From Squalus acanthias (Eukaryota), in NCBI GenBank assembly GCA_030390025.1, contig CM059425.1, positions 202,740,001 through 202,804,000 on the forward strand: DNA of 64,000 nt. Reading direction: 5' to 3'. This document shows, in pieces, positions 1 to 56,600 of the stretch. The number at the start of each line of letters is the position of its first letter. Position 1 is the first letter of the stretch. A program made the position numbers and the translations under genes. The notes below the pieces were generated by a model. It was given only the letters and a program-made list of their open reading frames with translations. It did not search any database and was not told the origin of the DNA.

Positions 1-77
1 TGGCATCATCTGTAACTTCAACAGTAAAAAGACTGTTGCAGAGTAGCACAATGAAAAAAAAAATCACAAGATTCAAT

Positions 78-251
78 GGCTGTAATTTTAACTTTTGGCG
101 ATAGTGTAAAACGGGCGATATCAGATCGGCCGCCCGTTATACACCTCTCCTGATTGCCCTTTTCAGAAAAGAAAATCGGGAGAGGTGTACAATGAGCGGC
201 GGATCCAATATTGCCCTTTCTACACTATCGGCCAAAGTCAAAATTACCCCC
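78..251. mobile_element. Palindromic MITE (PIF/Harbinger-like)
   Basis: Whole element is an imperfect inverted repeat (GGCTGTAATTTTAAC...GTCAAAATTACCCCC) flanked by AAT/AAT. Confidence 0.75.
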
Positions 252-593
252 AATCTTTCAATATTGAATATCAAAAGAAACACTTAAAAATGGCTCTCTG
301 AAATATCTGTAATGAACATGTTATTGTATTTGTATGGAATTCCTCTGTGTGTTATTTTAATACACTCGATTACAGATTTATTTTAAATGGGTTAACAAAT
401 GGATTAAAATGATGCACAGATGAATTTCATGTGAATGCCTGTTTGTTACAAATATCACCGAAAGCAATTATATCCCATTAATGGCCAACCCATTCACGAC
501 CAAAACAAAAGCTTAGTAAGGCATCAGGATAGTCATTAACAGAAAATTGTGGTTCAATCACAGATGTCATTTGGGTTTTGGAACATCCCATGG

Positions 594-693
594 AAAGAAC
601 TGTATAGCGCCTTTCATGACCTCAGGATGCCCCAAAGCGCTTTACAGCCAATGAAGTACTTTTGAAGTGTAGTCACTGTTGTAATGTAGGAAC
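594..693 (-). mobile_element. SINE 3' tail (DeuSINE/SacSINE1-like, LINE-derived tail)
   Basis: Reverse complement TTCCTACATTACAACAGTGACTACACTTCAAAAGTACTTCATTGGCTGTAAAGCGCTTTGGG...; same sequence on + at 23251-23362. Confidence 0.7.
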
Positions 694-1228
694 TCTATAG
701 TTTTTCCATATAATATATTTTATATATATAAAAAGCATATACTTAAGGCTGCTCCTGAAAGATTCAGACCTTGCATGCCCAACTGGTTTGAGTACAGTGA
801 TGCCAAACATGTGTAGTAGGAGATGAGTTTAACATTAACATAAACCAGTGTTATGAAGAGACAGTTTTTTTCCCCCTACATATTTACAAATAAAGATGGG
901 ATTGGATTTAAGCCTCCCTATCACAAGTTTACTTGGCTAGATGTATGTTTTTACAAATATACAAATCTATGCTGAAGAGAACAGTGTATGAGCTTAATGG
1001 TGGGTCATTTTCAAAAATGCATTCTATTTAAATTGACAATAAATAAAGAAAAATAAAAAAGACTGTCTCTTTGTTAATCTGACAGTTAGAAATCGCAGAT
1101 ACAGTTTATCATTCAAAGAATCTGGAGGGGGTCAATAAATATACACGCACTAAGGGTTAAATTAAAACAACACAGACATGTATAATACACAGCAAAAGAG
1201 TCAAACAACTAAAACTAACAAGGTCATA

Positions 1229-1795
1229 AAGATTAACGTGCTTTTCTTCATATCTGATCATTTTAAGAACCACGCATAGCGTGTTTGAAAGTTAACAGTA
1301 ACATTTTATACTACCACAGGGTTGTGATATGCAAAATTAAAATATTTTAACAAAATGTGTACCTTTACAAAAAAATCCTATCACATGAGCAATATTTGCA
1401 TAGAATAATTATACAAGTAAATTATACAATATTTCAAGCAGCAGCAACATATGCTGACATTTATGACTAGATTAAGCGTAAATGTGGCACAGATACACAG
1501 ATCAATGTACAAAATGTATGGATCACACAATATTGTTCCTAATCCATTCACAGGAGTTTTACAACTCCTAAAATTATACTACTTTACATTGTACATCTGT
1601 ATAATACATATGTGTACATCCTTTAAATATTTTAGAGAAGAAATATTTAACAAATAATACAATAGATTAACAGTTACAGTAAACTGTTTTCCCAGTTCAG
1701 GATCGCCTGTATTTATAGTCTGGAGCTTCAAGGATCAGACTATGCAAATGAAGGGTTTTCCCATCTTTGGCCATCTGTGCATCATAAATTCCATA
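1229..1795 (-). other. PTCH1: PTCH1 non-coding exon 24 / 3'UTR (5' conserved part; 3' end not determined)
   Basis: Pyrimidine tract plus CCAG acceptor at 1797-1796. Downstream blocks (GGCCAAAGATGGGAAAACCC; CAGCATATGTTGCTGCTGCTT; TTTGCATATCACAACCCTGTGGTAGTAT) resemble the human PTCH1 3'UTR as recalled. Confidence 0.8.
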
Positions 1796-2143
1796 CTGGA
1801 AAGGGTAAAAGAATGGATATTGAGAAAAATTTTGTAACTCATTTCAAGTTTTTAAAAAGACATTTGTATCAGGACAATAAAAGTATTTTCATATTACATA
1901 AAACACATACTAACTACAGTTTTCAGAGTTGTCATCTTTCTAAATACAAATATAACTTATTAACACAAATGTAACTTGTGAAGTAACCTAGTTACATCAA
2001 CATATAATTTTCTACCTATTAGAAGGAACTTTGGCAATTTTTTCCTCTTCTATTTAGCCCAATCAAAGAATTTGATGGATCAACAGTTGATTATATTTTT
2101 AAACAGTATTGCATCTTTCATTGAATTTCCCCAGGAAACTTAC

Positions 2144-45367
<43,224 letters not shown>

Positions 45368-46102
45368 CTAAGGGAACAAAAGGCATTTTTCAGTTATTTA
45401 ATGATATTGGTATGATACAAAACTTTTCTACAAATTCATGCTTTATTAATGATTCCCCAGATATATATAGAATTTAGCTGTATAATTGACATATTGTTAT
45501 TAGAGCTTCCTACACTCCTTCATATGTCGATCACAATGCTGCATTTCTGATTTTATCCATTTTTTTTGTCATGACTTAACTTCATGTGGCACTGACTCTT
45601 CCTTAAGAATAAAGCTAAGTAGTAGTAAATTAAAAAAACAAATGATTGATTGTAGAAGCAATGTGCAGGGCTGTTCAGGGATTCTTTATTAGATTCAGGC
45701 TGGTGCACATGCATGGCGATAAAACAAGCTCAGAATATAGCAACAAATAGAATTTCCCACTCCAACCATTAATTATCACACATGTAGCACATTTCTACCA
45801 TCATTTATCATTACCTGTTCCTGAAATGATGCATGTCATAAAAATCAAAAGGGGGAACAATTAAAAACAGACAATCATATTCAAAACTTCTGTACAAACT
45901 TCTTTGACCTCATTTTGCACATTTTAACTAAATTCCATGACTAGATTACTGTCTTATGGCTTCCTTCTACCCATCATTATTCTTTTTACGTGCACCCACA
46001 AACATTTCACCATAACACTCTCCACGATATTGCCAGATAGATTTTCGTCTTTATTGCCTGGGCATTAAGCACTGCCTGAGAGGACCACAGAGAGTAAACT
46101 CG

Positions 46103-46211
46103 GGTGAGGAAGATTGCACGCCGGTAACACAGCCTGCCCAATTTTCCTTCCATTTAAATTAATGGGAAGAAAACGGGGCAGGCTCTGTAATAAGCATACA
46201 ATCCTCCCCAC
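46103..46211. repeat. Palindromic MITE core
   Basis: GGTGAGGAAGATTG..CAGCCTGCCC..TTCCATT / AATGGGAA..GGGCAGGCT..CAATCCTCCCCACC. Confidence 0.55.
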
Positions 46212-49200
46212 CCAATTTTCCACTCTGCACTACATCCAGATGATGCTTAATTCCCAGGTCGAAAATCTACTCCTATGTCTCTTGATAGATCATGAATTGA
46301 TTATAGCACTTTCATTAACAAAGAAATCATCTATAATACACTCCCAATAACACTTTTTTATGTCTCTCAAAGATACTGTCCTAGTTGGGGATCTTAGTGC
46401 ACTGATATGGTTTGAAGTAGGCAGTTTAGCACCAATATGCCAGACTGTTTATTACCTTACAGGAACAAACTGACAAAATGCCCCTATCCTCAATTTATTT
46501 AAGGTTTACTGCTTGGATACTAATGTTAAGTACTCTGGTGCGCTTCTACTATGTCACAATTGATTACATAGACAGAATTCTAAATATTGCTTTTTCTACT
46601 GTGTTTTTTAAATGACCAAAATCTTTGTTGTATGTGTTAATATTATTATATATATATTTCATACACATACTCATGTGCATGCATAGGGGTGGTTGGGGGG
46701 TGGGGGGGGGGGGGAGCAGGCAGGCAGTAAACATGCATTTCAAAGTTTCACATTGCTGACAAGAAATTTCCTACCTGCCGCTTCAAAATGCAGATAGGAT
46801 ACTCCTGACCGTGGAACAATGTGGAACTTAGGTCTGAACTGCATCAGGATTTTGATACATTACATTTTGCATATACTCCAGAATATCAGTTTATCTTATT
46901 AAAAATCTTGCGTATGCATGCACTTTGTATCCACAAACATTAATTACTGTCAGAATTTTTATGTCAACATTCAAAATTGAAACTGCCTATACAAATATTT
47001 ATAATGGTAATTTGAAATTTAAACACTTGCCTGTCAAACCAATCAAAATGTTTATCAAAAATGTTATGCTTGTCATTTTTTCTTAATAAAAATGACATAT
47101 TTCACAACAACGTGATTAAAATCATCATTCATTGTTTTGTGTCTTAAAGCCTTCTTTAAAGCATTACTCTCAGCCTATCTCAAAAGCCTGGGCTTGGACT
47201 TGATACTTTTATCTTAAGAAAAAGTTGCACAGAGCTTCCAACCACATCTATGCATTCTGAGCATGTGCTGTTTGCAGAATTTCCCAGCATGCATTAGAAG
47301 CAGAAAGGTGAATCCCTGTGAATTCCTGTGAGAATTTGTGAGATTCTTGATTTTCCAAAAGACTTTCAAACTAACCAAAGAATGAATTCTCAAGGATTTA
47401 CTTCAGGCAGATTTAATTTAAAGTATTAACAACTTTTCTATTAAAAGAGCTCAGTTAGTTGAGAACTGTGCTTAATAGCAGTTGTGGTTTGTTCATTTTC
47501 TTTTCAAACCGTCAGCAAAGATTATTATTGAGAATGGATTCTTTTCTCTCCCAAACGTTATCAATCCCCAGGACCTCTATCGCAATGATCCCAGATCGCA
47601 AGACCTGTTGCAGTGCTCCTAAAACCAGCACCCACCCCCCATAGTGTTCCCAAAACCAGGGGATCTCTTCTCCCAGTACTTCCAGACCCTGAACCCCCGC
47701 CAAAGTAGTCCTAGATTCTGAGACCCCAGGCTGCTCCCAATCCTGTTTAATCAGTGTTTCTGATAATATTACTTGAAATAACATACCTATTCATATAAAA
47801 CCTCCAACTGACTGTGAGCAATGCCATGGGGGATGTGCTAGTGTAACAGTAAAGTTCCTCCACTGTGTTAGATATGTCAGCACAGCCCACATTCAGTTTA
47901 ACACAGCTATTAGGAAGTGCCTTGAATTTGCTCAGGTCTCTGAATCAAGATTGAAAAGCTTGCACTTTCTTTTAAGTACTTTTCTTGCCACCGACCATTT
48001 AAAAATGACAACAACAGAATGTAAGATCAATTGTATTGTACATTCCATCCTTAATGGAAGGCACTCCTTTGGAGTTAAATGCTTCTCAAAAATTGTGAAT
48101 TTTTCAGAATATAGTATTAAATGGAATATGGTAACATTGTGAGTGAAGGTCAGATAGCCTTATACTAGAGATCCTTATTACAAAAAGAGAGGTGTACAAA
48201 ATGCATTCTGCAGGACAGAAACAACATTTCAGCACTAAACAACACAATGAGGCTCTCTTATTATCATTTGATTTTCTCACCAATGTGTGATATTAGGTGG
48301 ACTGAGAGATCTTTAAAAACAGCACACACAAGAAAAAGCATGAAAAATAACAGAAGGCTAAAAAAACCTGAGAAATGAGAATGTTGATTGTCTATATTTT
48401 GCAAAACAGGTGTGAAGGGATTAAAAGATTAACTCTGTGGCCACAAATAATTTATTCATGGTGTTAATGACAGGGTAATTCATACCTAGACCAGGTATGA
48501 AAAGATCTAATTATATTTTCATTTTTTAAATTCAGGTTAGTTGTGGCTTACAGAGTACCAGAAGAATACGGGACATTAAACAAGCTTTATTGCGACACAA
48601 AATAAGGTAAATTATATAGAAGTGAATATGAAATAGTTTATAATTTTAAATTTTAGGATAATAAATAGATTAGTAATGTATAAATGGTATGAAAATTACT
48701 GCTACTCCTTCACTTGCTGTTCATTTATGTGCATTTTAGTTAAAGTAGCTGAAATTATGACAATATTCCCACAGCCGGCACAAGGTTGGTGTGTACCTGT
48801 AGCCTGAATAAACATCGCCAAAGTATGCAATGGTCAAATTAATTTATTTAAAAAAATGTCATTTAAAATGTTTTTCTGCATTAGATCAAATTCTCTGAGA
48901 ACAATGTTACCATTATTGTCCAAGACCAAAGAACCATGATTTTGACACTGAAATCAGCCTCCCCTCAACCTTCCACAAGAATAAATGGGCTACATACAAT
49001 ATGTGTAATGATAATTATTTTCTATAGCACTTGTGAAAACCCTGCAACAAAATTGACTTGTCCCGCTTTCCAAGTAGAAAAAACACTAACATTTTATGCA
49101 ATTTCTAAAGCAATTTGAATATTTTTCTGCCTAAATACAGCACTTTCAACAAATGATAAATTTACTGTTTACCCAGCAAAACTTCACTATTTTATGTCAT

Positions 49201-50408
49201 TAATATCTTTGTAAAATTCTGCACCAATGACAATTTTACTTATGGTCCACTTGACAAACTGTTGTAGGAAATGCTGCAGGTTATTCCCAGAACAAATGAG
49301 TAATACAAGCAAAATAAGGTAAAGATACTCAGCAGTCACTATAATAAATTACTTTCTTTTACTTTAAATCTAAATTACTGTAGGGGCCTAGAAAGTAATT
49401 TTGTGCACTACATGTCATTATTTCCCATCATGACAATTACTTCCTGGTTCTCATTAATCACTATATTGTGGAACTTAAACTGCATGTTTTTTCTACTCTC
49501 AACCTGCTTTTTCCACTTCTGTAAAACATAAGGCTTTGCAATAGAAAAGCAATCAGCATTGTACAAAAGGAGCCAAAATGATCTACTTACACAGTTCATT
49601 AACAATCACCAGTACATAGCTTCCATTACTCCAGCAATGAGACAGTCTGCACCAGTGCTTAGTATCAGTACAGCTGTTAACATTTTCCAGCACTATCACC
49701 CTAATCAAAGAAATACTGAGAGCTGGAACAGTGGAGAGCCTGACATCCATACGGATAAAGTATTGCCTAATATGATATGTTAAATCCCCACCAGGGTCAA
49801 GACAAAAAAAAACTTCACCAACTGCAGAAGCCAGTCTTTCATTCAATACCAAAGGTACTCTATTAGGAATTCTTGCTCGAGATGATATTTCCTTTTGGGA
49901 TCAATGGAATTTAACACTAATTTGCATCAAAGACAAATCCTGACCAGGACAAACAAGTCATTCTTCATCTTTTCTCAAACTGGCCAACTGTTTACTATCA
50001 ACACTAGTTATTATTTCCCAAACAAGCTCCTGTCAAATTCCATTAATGATCTGAAAAGCATGGTTTGTTGATCAATGTTATATGACATTGCCTCAACACT
50101 TAAAAAGGACAACTCTAAATCCCACCATCAGTCGCTCCATTTGAATTTACTACAAATATGACACAAGCATTCGGCTCTACAGCCTAGGTCCATCTGCTTT
50201 CACTATCCAGAACTTCAGTGATTAACTACATGGGTGCCCATGGTCTTCCAGTACAGGATTTTAATAAACACCTACATCTGTAATTTTCAGATGAGTATGA
50301 CCTTAAATCCAGGACAGAAATTCAGATCAACAGTGTAGATTTTATAATAGGCGATGTATCAAACTGGCTTCTCTTGCCATCATATGACATCTGATTTTAG
50401 GAAAACCA

Positions 50409-50500
50409 AAACAACAACAACAACTTGTATTTATATAGCACCCTTAACACAGTAAAACGTCCCAAGGCGCTTCACAGAAGCATTATAAAACAAAATTTGA
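50409..50500 (-). mobile_element. L2 3' tail
   Basis: (AAC)n TTGTATTTATATAGCACC...CCCAAGGCGCTTCACAG; similar tails near 11161, 19935 and 26025. Confidence 0.7.
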
Positions 50501-50633
50501 CGACAACAAAAAATGATAGCAGCGGATATAAAACTTGTGGCAATAGAGAACACAAGGTGGATTGGATAGGGTGTTACAAAGTTGTAAGATAGTATCAATG
50601 CTCTGTAATGTTTTTGGAGCCCCCAAAGCCATT

Positions 50634-51372
50634 GGCCCAAAAATTAGTCTTAGTACGCGAGAGTACGCACTGTGTACTCTCGCGTATTCTGTCTCCAATT
50701 GCCGGTTTTCTGCATGCACTGCGCATGCGCTGAAAACCGGCACTTGGTGAACTCAAAAGGGGGCGGTTCCTAAGTGAACCGCGTGCGCGCTACAGGCTGC
50801 GCGCACGCAGTGCACTTAGTGCTTTGAACGCGCAGGTAAGCATGGAAGATTTTGCACATAAAGAAAGGAGGCGTAAGACCCTCTTTTAACAAGGTAAGTA
50901 GTTAATTAAGTATTATTTTAAAATTTTTCAACAGGTTTATCTTTTTCAGAGACTTTAAAGAAAGGTAAGTTTATTTTTATAACTTTTAAAAAGATTTTAA
51001 ATTTTTTCAAAAATGTAATTTTTTGTTTAAAGTGGTTAATTTATTTAACTATACTTATTTTATTAATGTGATGTTTTTTTAAAAATTTAATTGAGGTTTA
51101 GCTGTTCTTTTGGGGGGGTATAGATTCATAGCTTTGACAGCCCTTGCTGTCAAAACTATGAATGAAAGATGGTGTGCTGCCATTGGCTCTAACTGAATCA
51201 CGTGATCCCACAGCTCGCACGAATTAACTGCGTCTGTGGGATACGCACACACTGCACAGCTGCAGCCTTGAAACTAAAGTTCGTGTGAGCTCGGAAGGAA
51301 AAGGTAGGCGCGCAGTGAGATATCGCGGGGAAGCCTTACCCCCGCAGAAGGCTCGTCTTTAATTTCTGGGCC
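50634..51372. mobile_element. ~740-bp hairpin-rich MITE (Harbinger-like)
   Basis: TIRs GGCCCAAAAATTA / TAATTTCTGGGCC; ATT TSD on both sides. Confidence 0.8.
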
Positions 51373-53104
51373 ATTAACTCAACCCAAACCAATTAGTATT
51401 TGATTTGAACATGTTACAGTTCCACTTATAATTCAGCAATAATAGACATGTTTGTCGGATCTTGCCAAATGGAGGAAAGGCCGGAAGGCTGAACAATCTG
51501 TCCATTTTGAGCCTAACATCAATTTGAGAGGACAGTACATATACAGTCCCATGAGAGAAAATAGACATACATTCCATTATTGCTCTTCAATAACATCTTG
51601 CAAATAATTATAGTTCAGTTCCATACTTTTGACAATAGGACAGACACCACCATGAAGAATTCAAGGGCTCCTCAACACCCAAAGGTCTTTCAGCAAATCA
51701 AAGTTGAGCATTCAATAAGATGTGATTGAATGTCAAACACTGCTCAGACCTCTCAGATAGATGCAAGTGCATACTGTAACACCCGTAAATCATTTTGTAC
51801 ATTTGCCAATAAGTTGTCTTCTGTTCAAGATCAACATCATACAAGTTAAACTGGAGTATTAATTTTGTATTTATCCACAGAGGAAGTCTGATATAGTATA
51901 TTCAAAATTCTGCCAACTAGTTGTCTTCATGTATATATAGGGGAACCACAATAAAATTTAAATTACCTTTAAAAATGGAAAAAAGACAGAAAGTAATTTG
52001 AGCACAATGCACTTTTATTTTATGAAAGCTGTAAGTTTCAATAGAACATCATGAAAAGTAGGAAACTGCAAATTTAAATAATATAATTTAAAGGTTACAT
52101 ATACTGATGTTCAGCTATCTGGAGAGTAAAACATTCCCATATCTTGTACCTGGGGATGTTACATTCTTCCAGATCTCAAATGGGATGTAGCAGCAACTTA
52201 TGTGGGAGCATAGTAGAATTTACACTTCCCAGAATACAGGATCATTTCAAATCAATCTTTTTTCTAAAGCAATTCAACAAAAAAAGTTTTAAATTGATGT
52301 AAATGTTACATTGCACAGCTGTTTAATAGTTCCACCACACACATTTTGGTTTACTTACATTTACTCAAGCCATGTCGCAGTTTACAGATTCTTAATACCA
52401 CTGCCAAAAAACATTCACATTTGATACTACTTCATAGGAACTTAGCAATACTTAACTAAGTGGCAGTTCCTAGGAATTGGACACACTTTTAATGTGCCCA
52501 GATTATACACACTTTACTCAGTTACAAGAGTCTGAGGCTCCCCTATGCACTGAGATTTGATTATCTCGTGCTGTTCAATACAGGTGTGGTGGAACATCAC
52601 CAGTTACTTCAGATTATAAATTATGAACTCCAACCAATTAAAACTGAACTTCAGTCTGTGTGACAAAACTTTCTGCCATGTTTTCATTATGTTCAGATTT
52701 CCTTACAAGACTGCTTTACCAGCACGGGAAGATCAGCTTTTCTCTTCTACACTGTTTGTCCTGAACATTTCCATGGATTTCAGATTGTTCAGAAACCTTT
52801 CTTTGCTGGTCGATATATCTATCCATGAACATGAAATCATTAATTTTCAGCTCAACGTATAGAAGAATCTAAGCAGGCAAATAGAGACTTCTCTGTTAAA
52901 AAAATAACTTTACAGTACATAATATGTTATATGCCTAACATTGACTGTAACTGAAGGCTGTAATTATAACAGCAAATTGTTTTTCATGTTACTGAAATTA
53001 TCAAGAGTCCATAATAACATCTGAAATCAAAAACTGTACCCTTACTTTGGGAACAAGTTGGCCAGGATGCTTATACTACATTAAGATCGAGGTCATCTGT
53101 TCAA

Positions 53105-53642
53105 GTGCCCTCACTGTTCCACCACCCACCCCCCTTCCTCGTGCCCCCTAAGCCATCCCCCTTCCACTCTAGCCATAAACTCCTATCTCCCTCTAGTTTC
53201 TTCCCCCATCTCACCCTGTCGTCTCCAAGCTCATCTTCCCCCTGGTTTGTTGACAACATTCCCATTAAACTCCTTACCATTCCATATCCCTTGCTTGGCC
53301 CAAGCTAGCTGACATTGTAAATAGTTTGTTGTCCTTGGGCACTGTATTGTCCTCCTCCCTTTGAAAACCACCATCATTACTTCCTCCTTAAAAACCTACT
53401 CTTGACCCCTCTCTTCTCACCAACTATCACCCCATCTGTGCTTTTGCCTCCCAGTTCCATGGCCATCTCTCACACAACTCTCTGTTTGAATCCCTCCAAT
53501 CCGGCTTCCTTCCCCCACACCAGTGAATGCATATCTCAATGACTCCAACCATAGTGCATTATTCCTCCTTGACCTCTTGAAATGATTGACTACACCATTC
53601 TCCTGCAAAGCTTCTCTTGTTGTCCAGCTCCACGGAACTGCC
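53105..53642 (+). mobile_element. L2 LINE fragment (5' part, split by nested LINE)
   Basis: Pyrimidine-rich L2 pre-RT sequence; resumes after 56912. Confidence 0.7.
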
Positions 53643-56600
53643 ATTTTTTTTTTATATATAGGCGTCGCTGGCAAGGCCAGCATTTATTGCCCATCTCTAG
53701 TCGCACTTGAGAAGATGGTGGTGAGCTGCTTTCTTGAACTACTGCAGTCCGTGTGGTGAAGGTACTCCTACAGTGCTGTTAGGGAGGGAGTTCCAGGATT
53801 TTGACCCAGCGACGATGAAGGAACAGCAATATAATTCCAAGTCAGGATGGTGTGTGACTTGGAGGGGAACTTGGAGGTGGTGGTGTTCCCATGCGCCTGC
53901 TGCCCTTGTCCTTCTAGGTGGTAGAAGTTGCGGGTTTGGGAGGAGCTGCTGAAGCAGCCTTGGTGAGTTGCTGCAGTGCATCTTGTAGATGGTACACACT
54001 GCAGCCACGGTACGCCGGTGGTGGAGGGAGTGAATGTTTAAGGTGGTGGATGGGGTGCCAATCAAGCGGGCTGCTTTGTCTTGGATGGTGTCGAGCTTCT
54101 TGAATGTTGTTGGAGCTGCACTCATCCAGGCAAGTATATTCCATCACACTCCTGACTTGTGCCTTGTAGATGGTGGAAAGGCTTTGGGGAGTCAGGAGTG
54201 GAAAAACTCACCGCAGATCACCCAGCCTCTGATCTGCTCTTGTTACCGCAGTATTTATGTGGCTGGTCCAGTTAAGTTTCTGGTCAATGGTGACCCCTAG
54301 GATATTGATGGTGGGGGATCTGGCGATGGTAATGCTGTTGAATGTCAAGGGGCGGTGGTTAGACGCTCGCTTGTTGGAGATAGTCATTGCCTGGCACTTG
54401 TGTGGTGCGAATGTTACCTGCCACTTATCAGCCCAAGCCTGATTGTCGTCCAGATCTTGCTGCATGCGGGCATGGACTGCTTCATTATCTGAGGAGTTGT
54501 GAATGGCACTGAACACTGTGCAGTCATCAGCGAACATCCCCACTTCTGACCTTATGATGGTGGGAAGGACATTGATGAAGCAGCTGAAGATAGTTGGGCC
54601 TAGGACACTGCCCTGAGGAATTCCTGCAGCGATGTCCTGGGGCTGTGATGATTGACCTCCAAGCACCACAACCATCTTCCTTTGTGCTAGGTGTGACTCC
54701 AGCCAGTGGAGAGTTTTCCGCCTGATTCCCATTGACTTCAGTTTTACTCGGGCTCCTTGATGCCACACTCGGTCAAATGCTGCCTTGATGTCAAGGGCAG
54801 TCACTCTTGCCTCACCTCTGGAATTCAGCTCTTTTGTCCATGTTTGGACCAAGGTTGTAATGAGGTCTGGAGCCAAGTGGTCCTGGCGGAACCCAAACTG
54901 GGCATCAGTGAGCAGGTTATTGGTGAGTAAGTGTTGCTTGATAGCATGGTCGATGACACCTTCCATCACTTTGCTGATGATTGAGAATAGACTGATGGGG
55001 CGGTAATTGGCCGGATTGGATTTGTCCTGCTTTTGTGGACAGGACATACCTGGGCAGTTTTCCACATTGTAGGATAGATGACAGTGTTATAGCTGTACTG
55101 GAACAGCTTGGCTAGAGACGCGGCTAGATCTGGAGCACAAGGTTTCAGCACGACAGCCGGGATGTTGTCAGGGCCCACAGCCCTTGCTGTATCTAGTGCG
55201 CTCAGCTGTTTCTTGATATCACATGGAGTGAATCGAATTGGCTGAAGACTGGCTTCTGTGGTGGTGGGGACCTCAGGAGGAGGCCGAGATGGATCATCCA
55301 CTCGGCACTTTTGGCTGAAGATGGTTGCAAACACTTTAGCTTTGTCTTTTGCACTCACGTGCTGGGCTCCACCATCATTGAGGATGGGGATATTCATAGA
55401 GCCTTCTCCTCCCGTTAGTTGTTTAATGGTCCACCACTATTCATGACTGGTTGTGGCAGGACTGCAGAGCTTTGATCTGATCCGTTGATTGTGGGATCGC
55501 TTAGCTCTGTCTACAGCATGCTGCTTCTGCTTTTTAGCATGCATGTAGTCCTGTGTTGCAGCTTCCCCAGATTGGCACCGCATTTTTAGGTACGTCTGGT
55601 GCTGCTCCTGGCATGATGTTCTATACTCCTTATTGAACCAGGGTTGGCCCCCTGGCTTGATGGTAATGGTAGAGTGAGGGACATGCCGGGCCATGAGGTT
55701 ACAGATTGTGGTGGAATACAATTCTGCTGCTGCTGATGGCACACAGCGCCTCATGGATGCCCAGTTTTGAGCTGCTAGATCTGTTCTGAATTTATCCCAT
55801 TTAGCACAGTGGTAGTGCCACACAACATGATGGAGGGTGTCCTCAGTGTGAAGACGGGACTTCGTATCCACAATCACTGTGCAGTGGTCACTGCTACCAA
55901 TACTGTCATGGACAAATACATCTGCGACAGGTAGATTGGTGAGGACGAGGTCAAGTAGGTTTTTCCCTCGTGTTGGTTCTCTCACCACCTGTCGCAGGCC
56001 CAGACTGGCAGCTATGTCCTTCAGGACTCGGACAGCTTGGTCAGTAGTGGTGCTACCAAGCCACTCTTGGTGATGGACATACCCCACCCAGAGTACATTC
56101 TGTGCCCTTGCTACTCTCAGTGCTTCTTCCAAGTAGTATTCAATATGGAGGAGTACTGATTCATCAGCTGCGGGAGGGCGGTAGGTGGTAATCAGCAGGA
56201 GGTTTCCTTGCCCATGGTTGACCAGAAGTCATGAGACTTAATGGGGTCTGGAGTCAATGTTGAGGACTCCCAGGGCCACTCCTTCCTGACTGTATACCAC
56301 TGTGCTGCCACCTCTGGTGGGTTTGTCCTGCGGTGGGACAGGACATACCCAGGGATGGTGATGGAGGAGTTTGGGACATTGGCTGAAAGATATGATTCTG
56401 TGAGTATGACTATGTCAGGCTGTTACTTGACTAGTTTGTGGGACAGCTCTCCCAATCTTGGCACAAGTCCCCAGATGTTAGTGAGGAGGACTTTGCAGGG
56501 TCGACTGGGCTGGGTGTGCCGTTGTCGTATCCGTAGTTGATGCCGAGGTCGATGCCGGGTGGTCCATCCAGTTTTATTCCTCTTTTTTGTAGAGGTTTTT

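Noticed and set aside
53739-56494. Active retrotransposon ORF
   Set aside because: Broken into at least four ORFs by frameshifts and stops.
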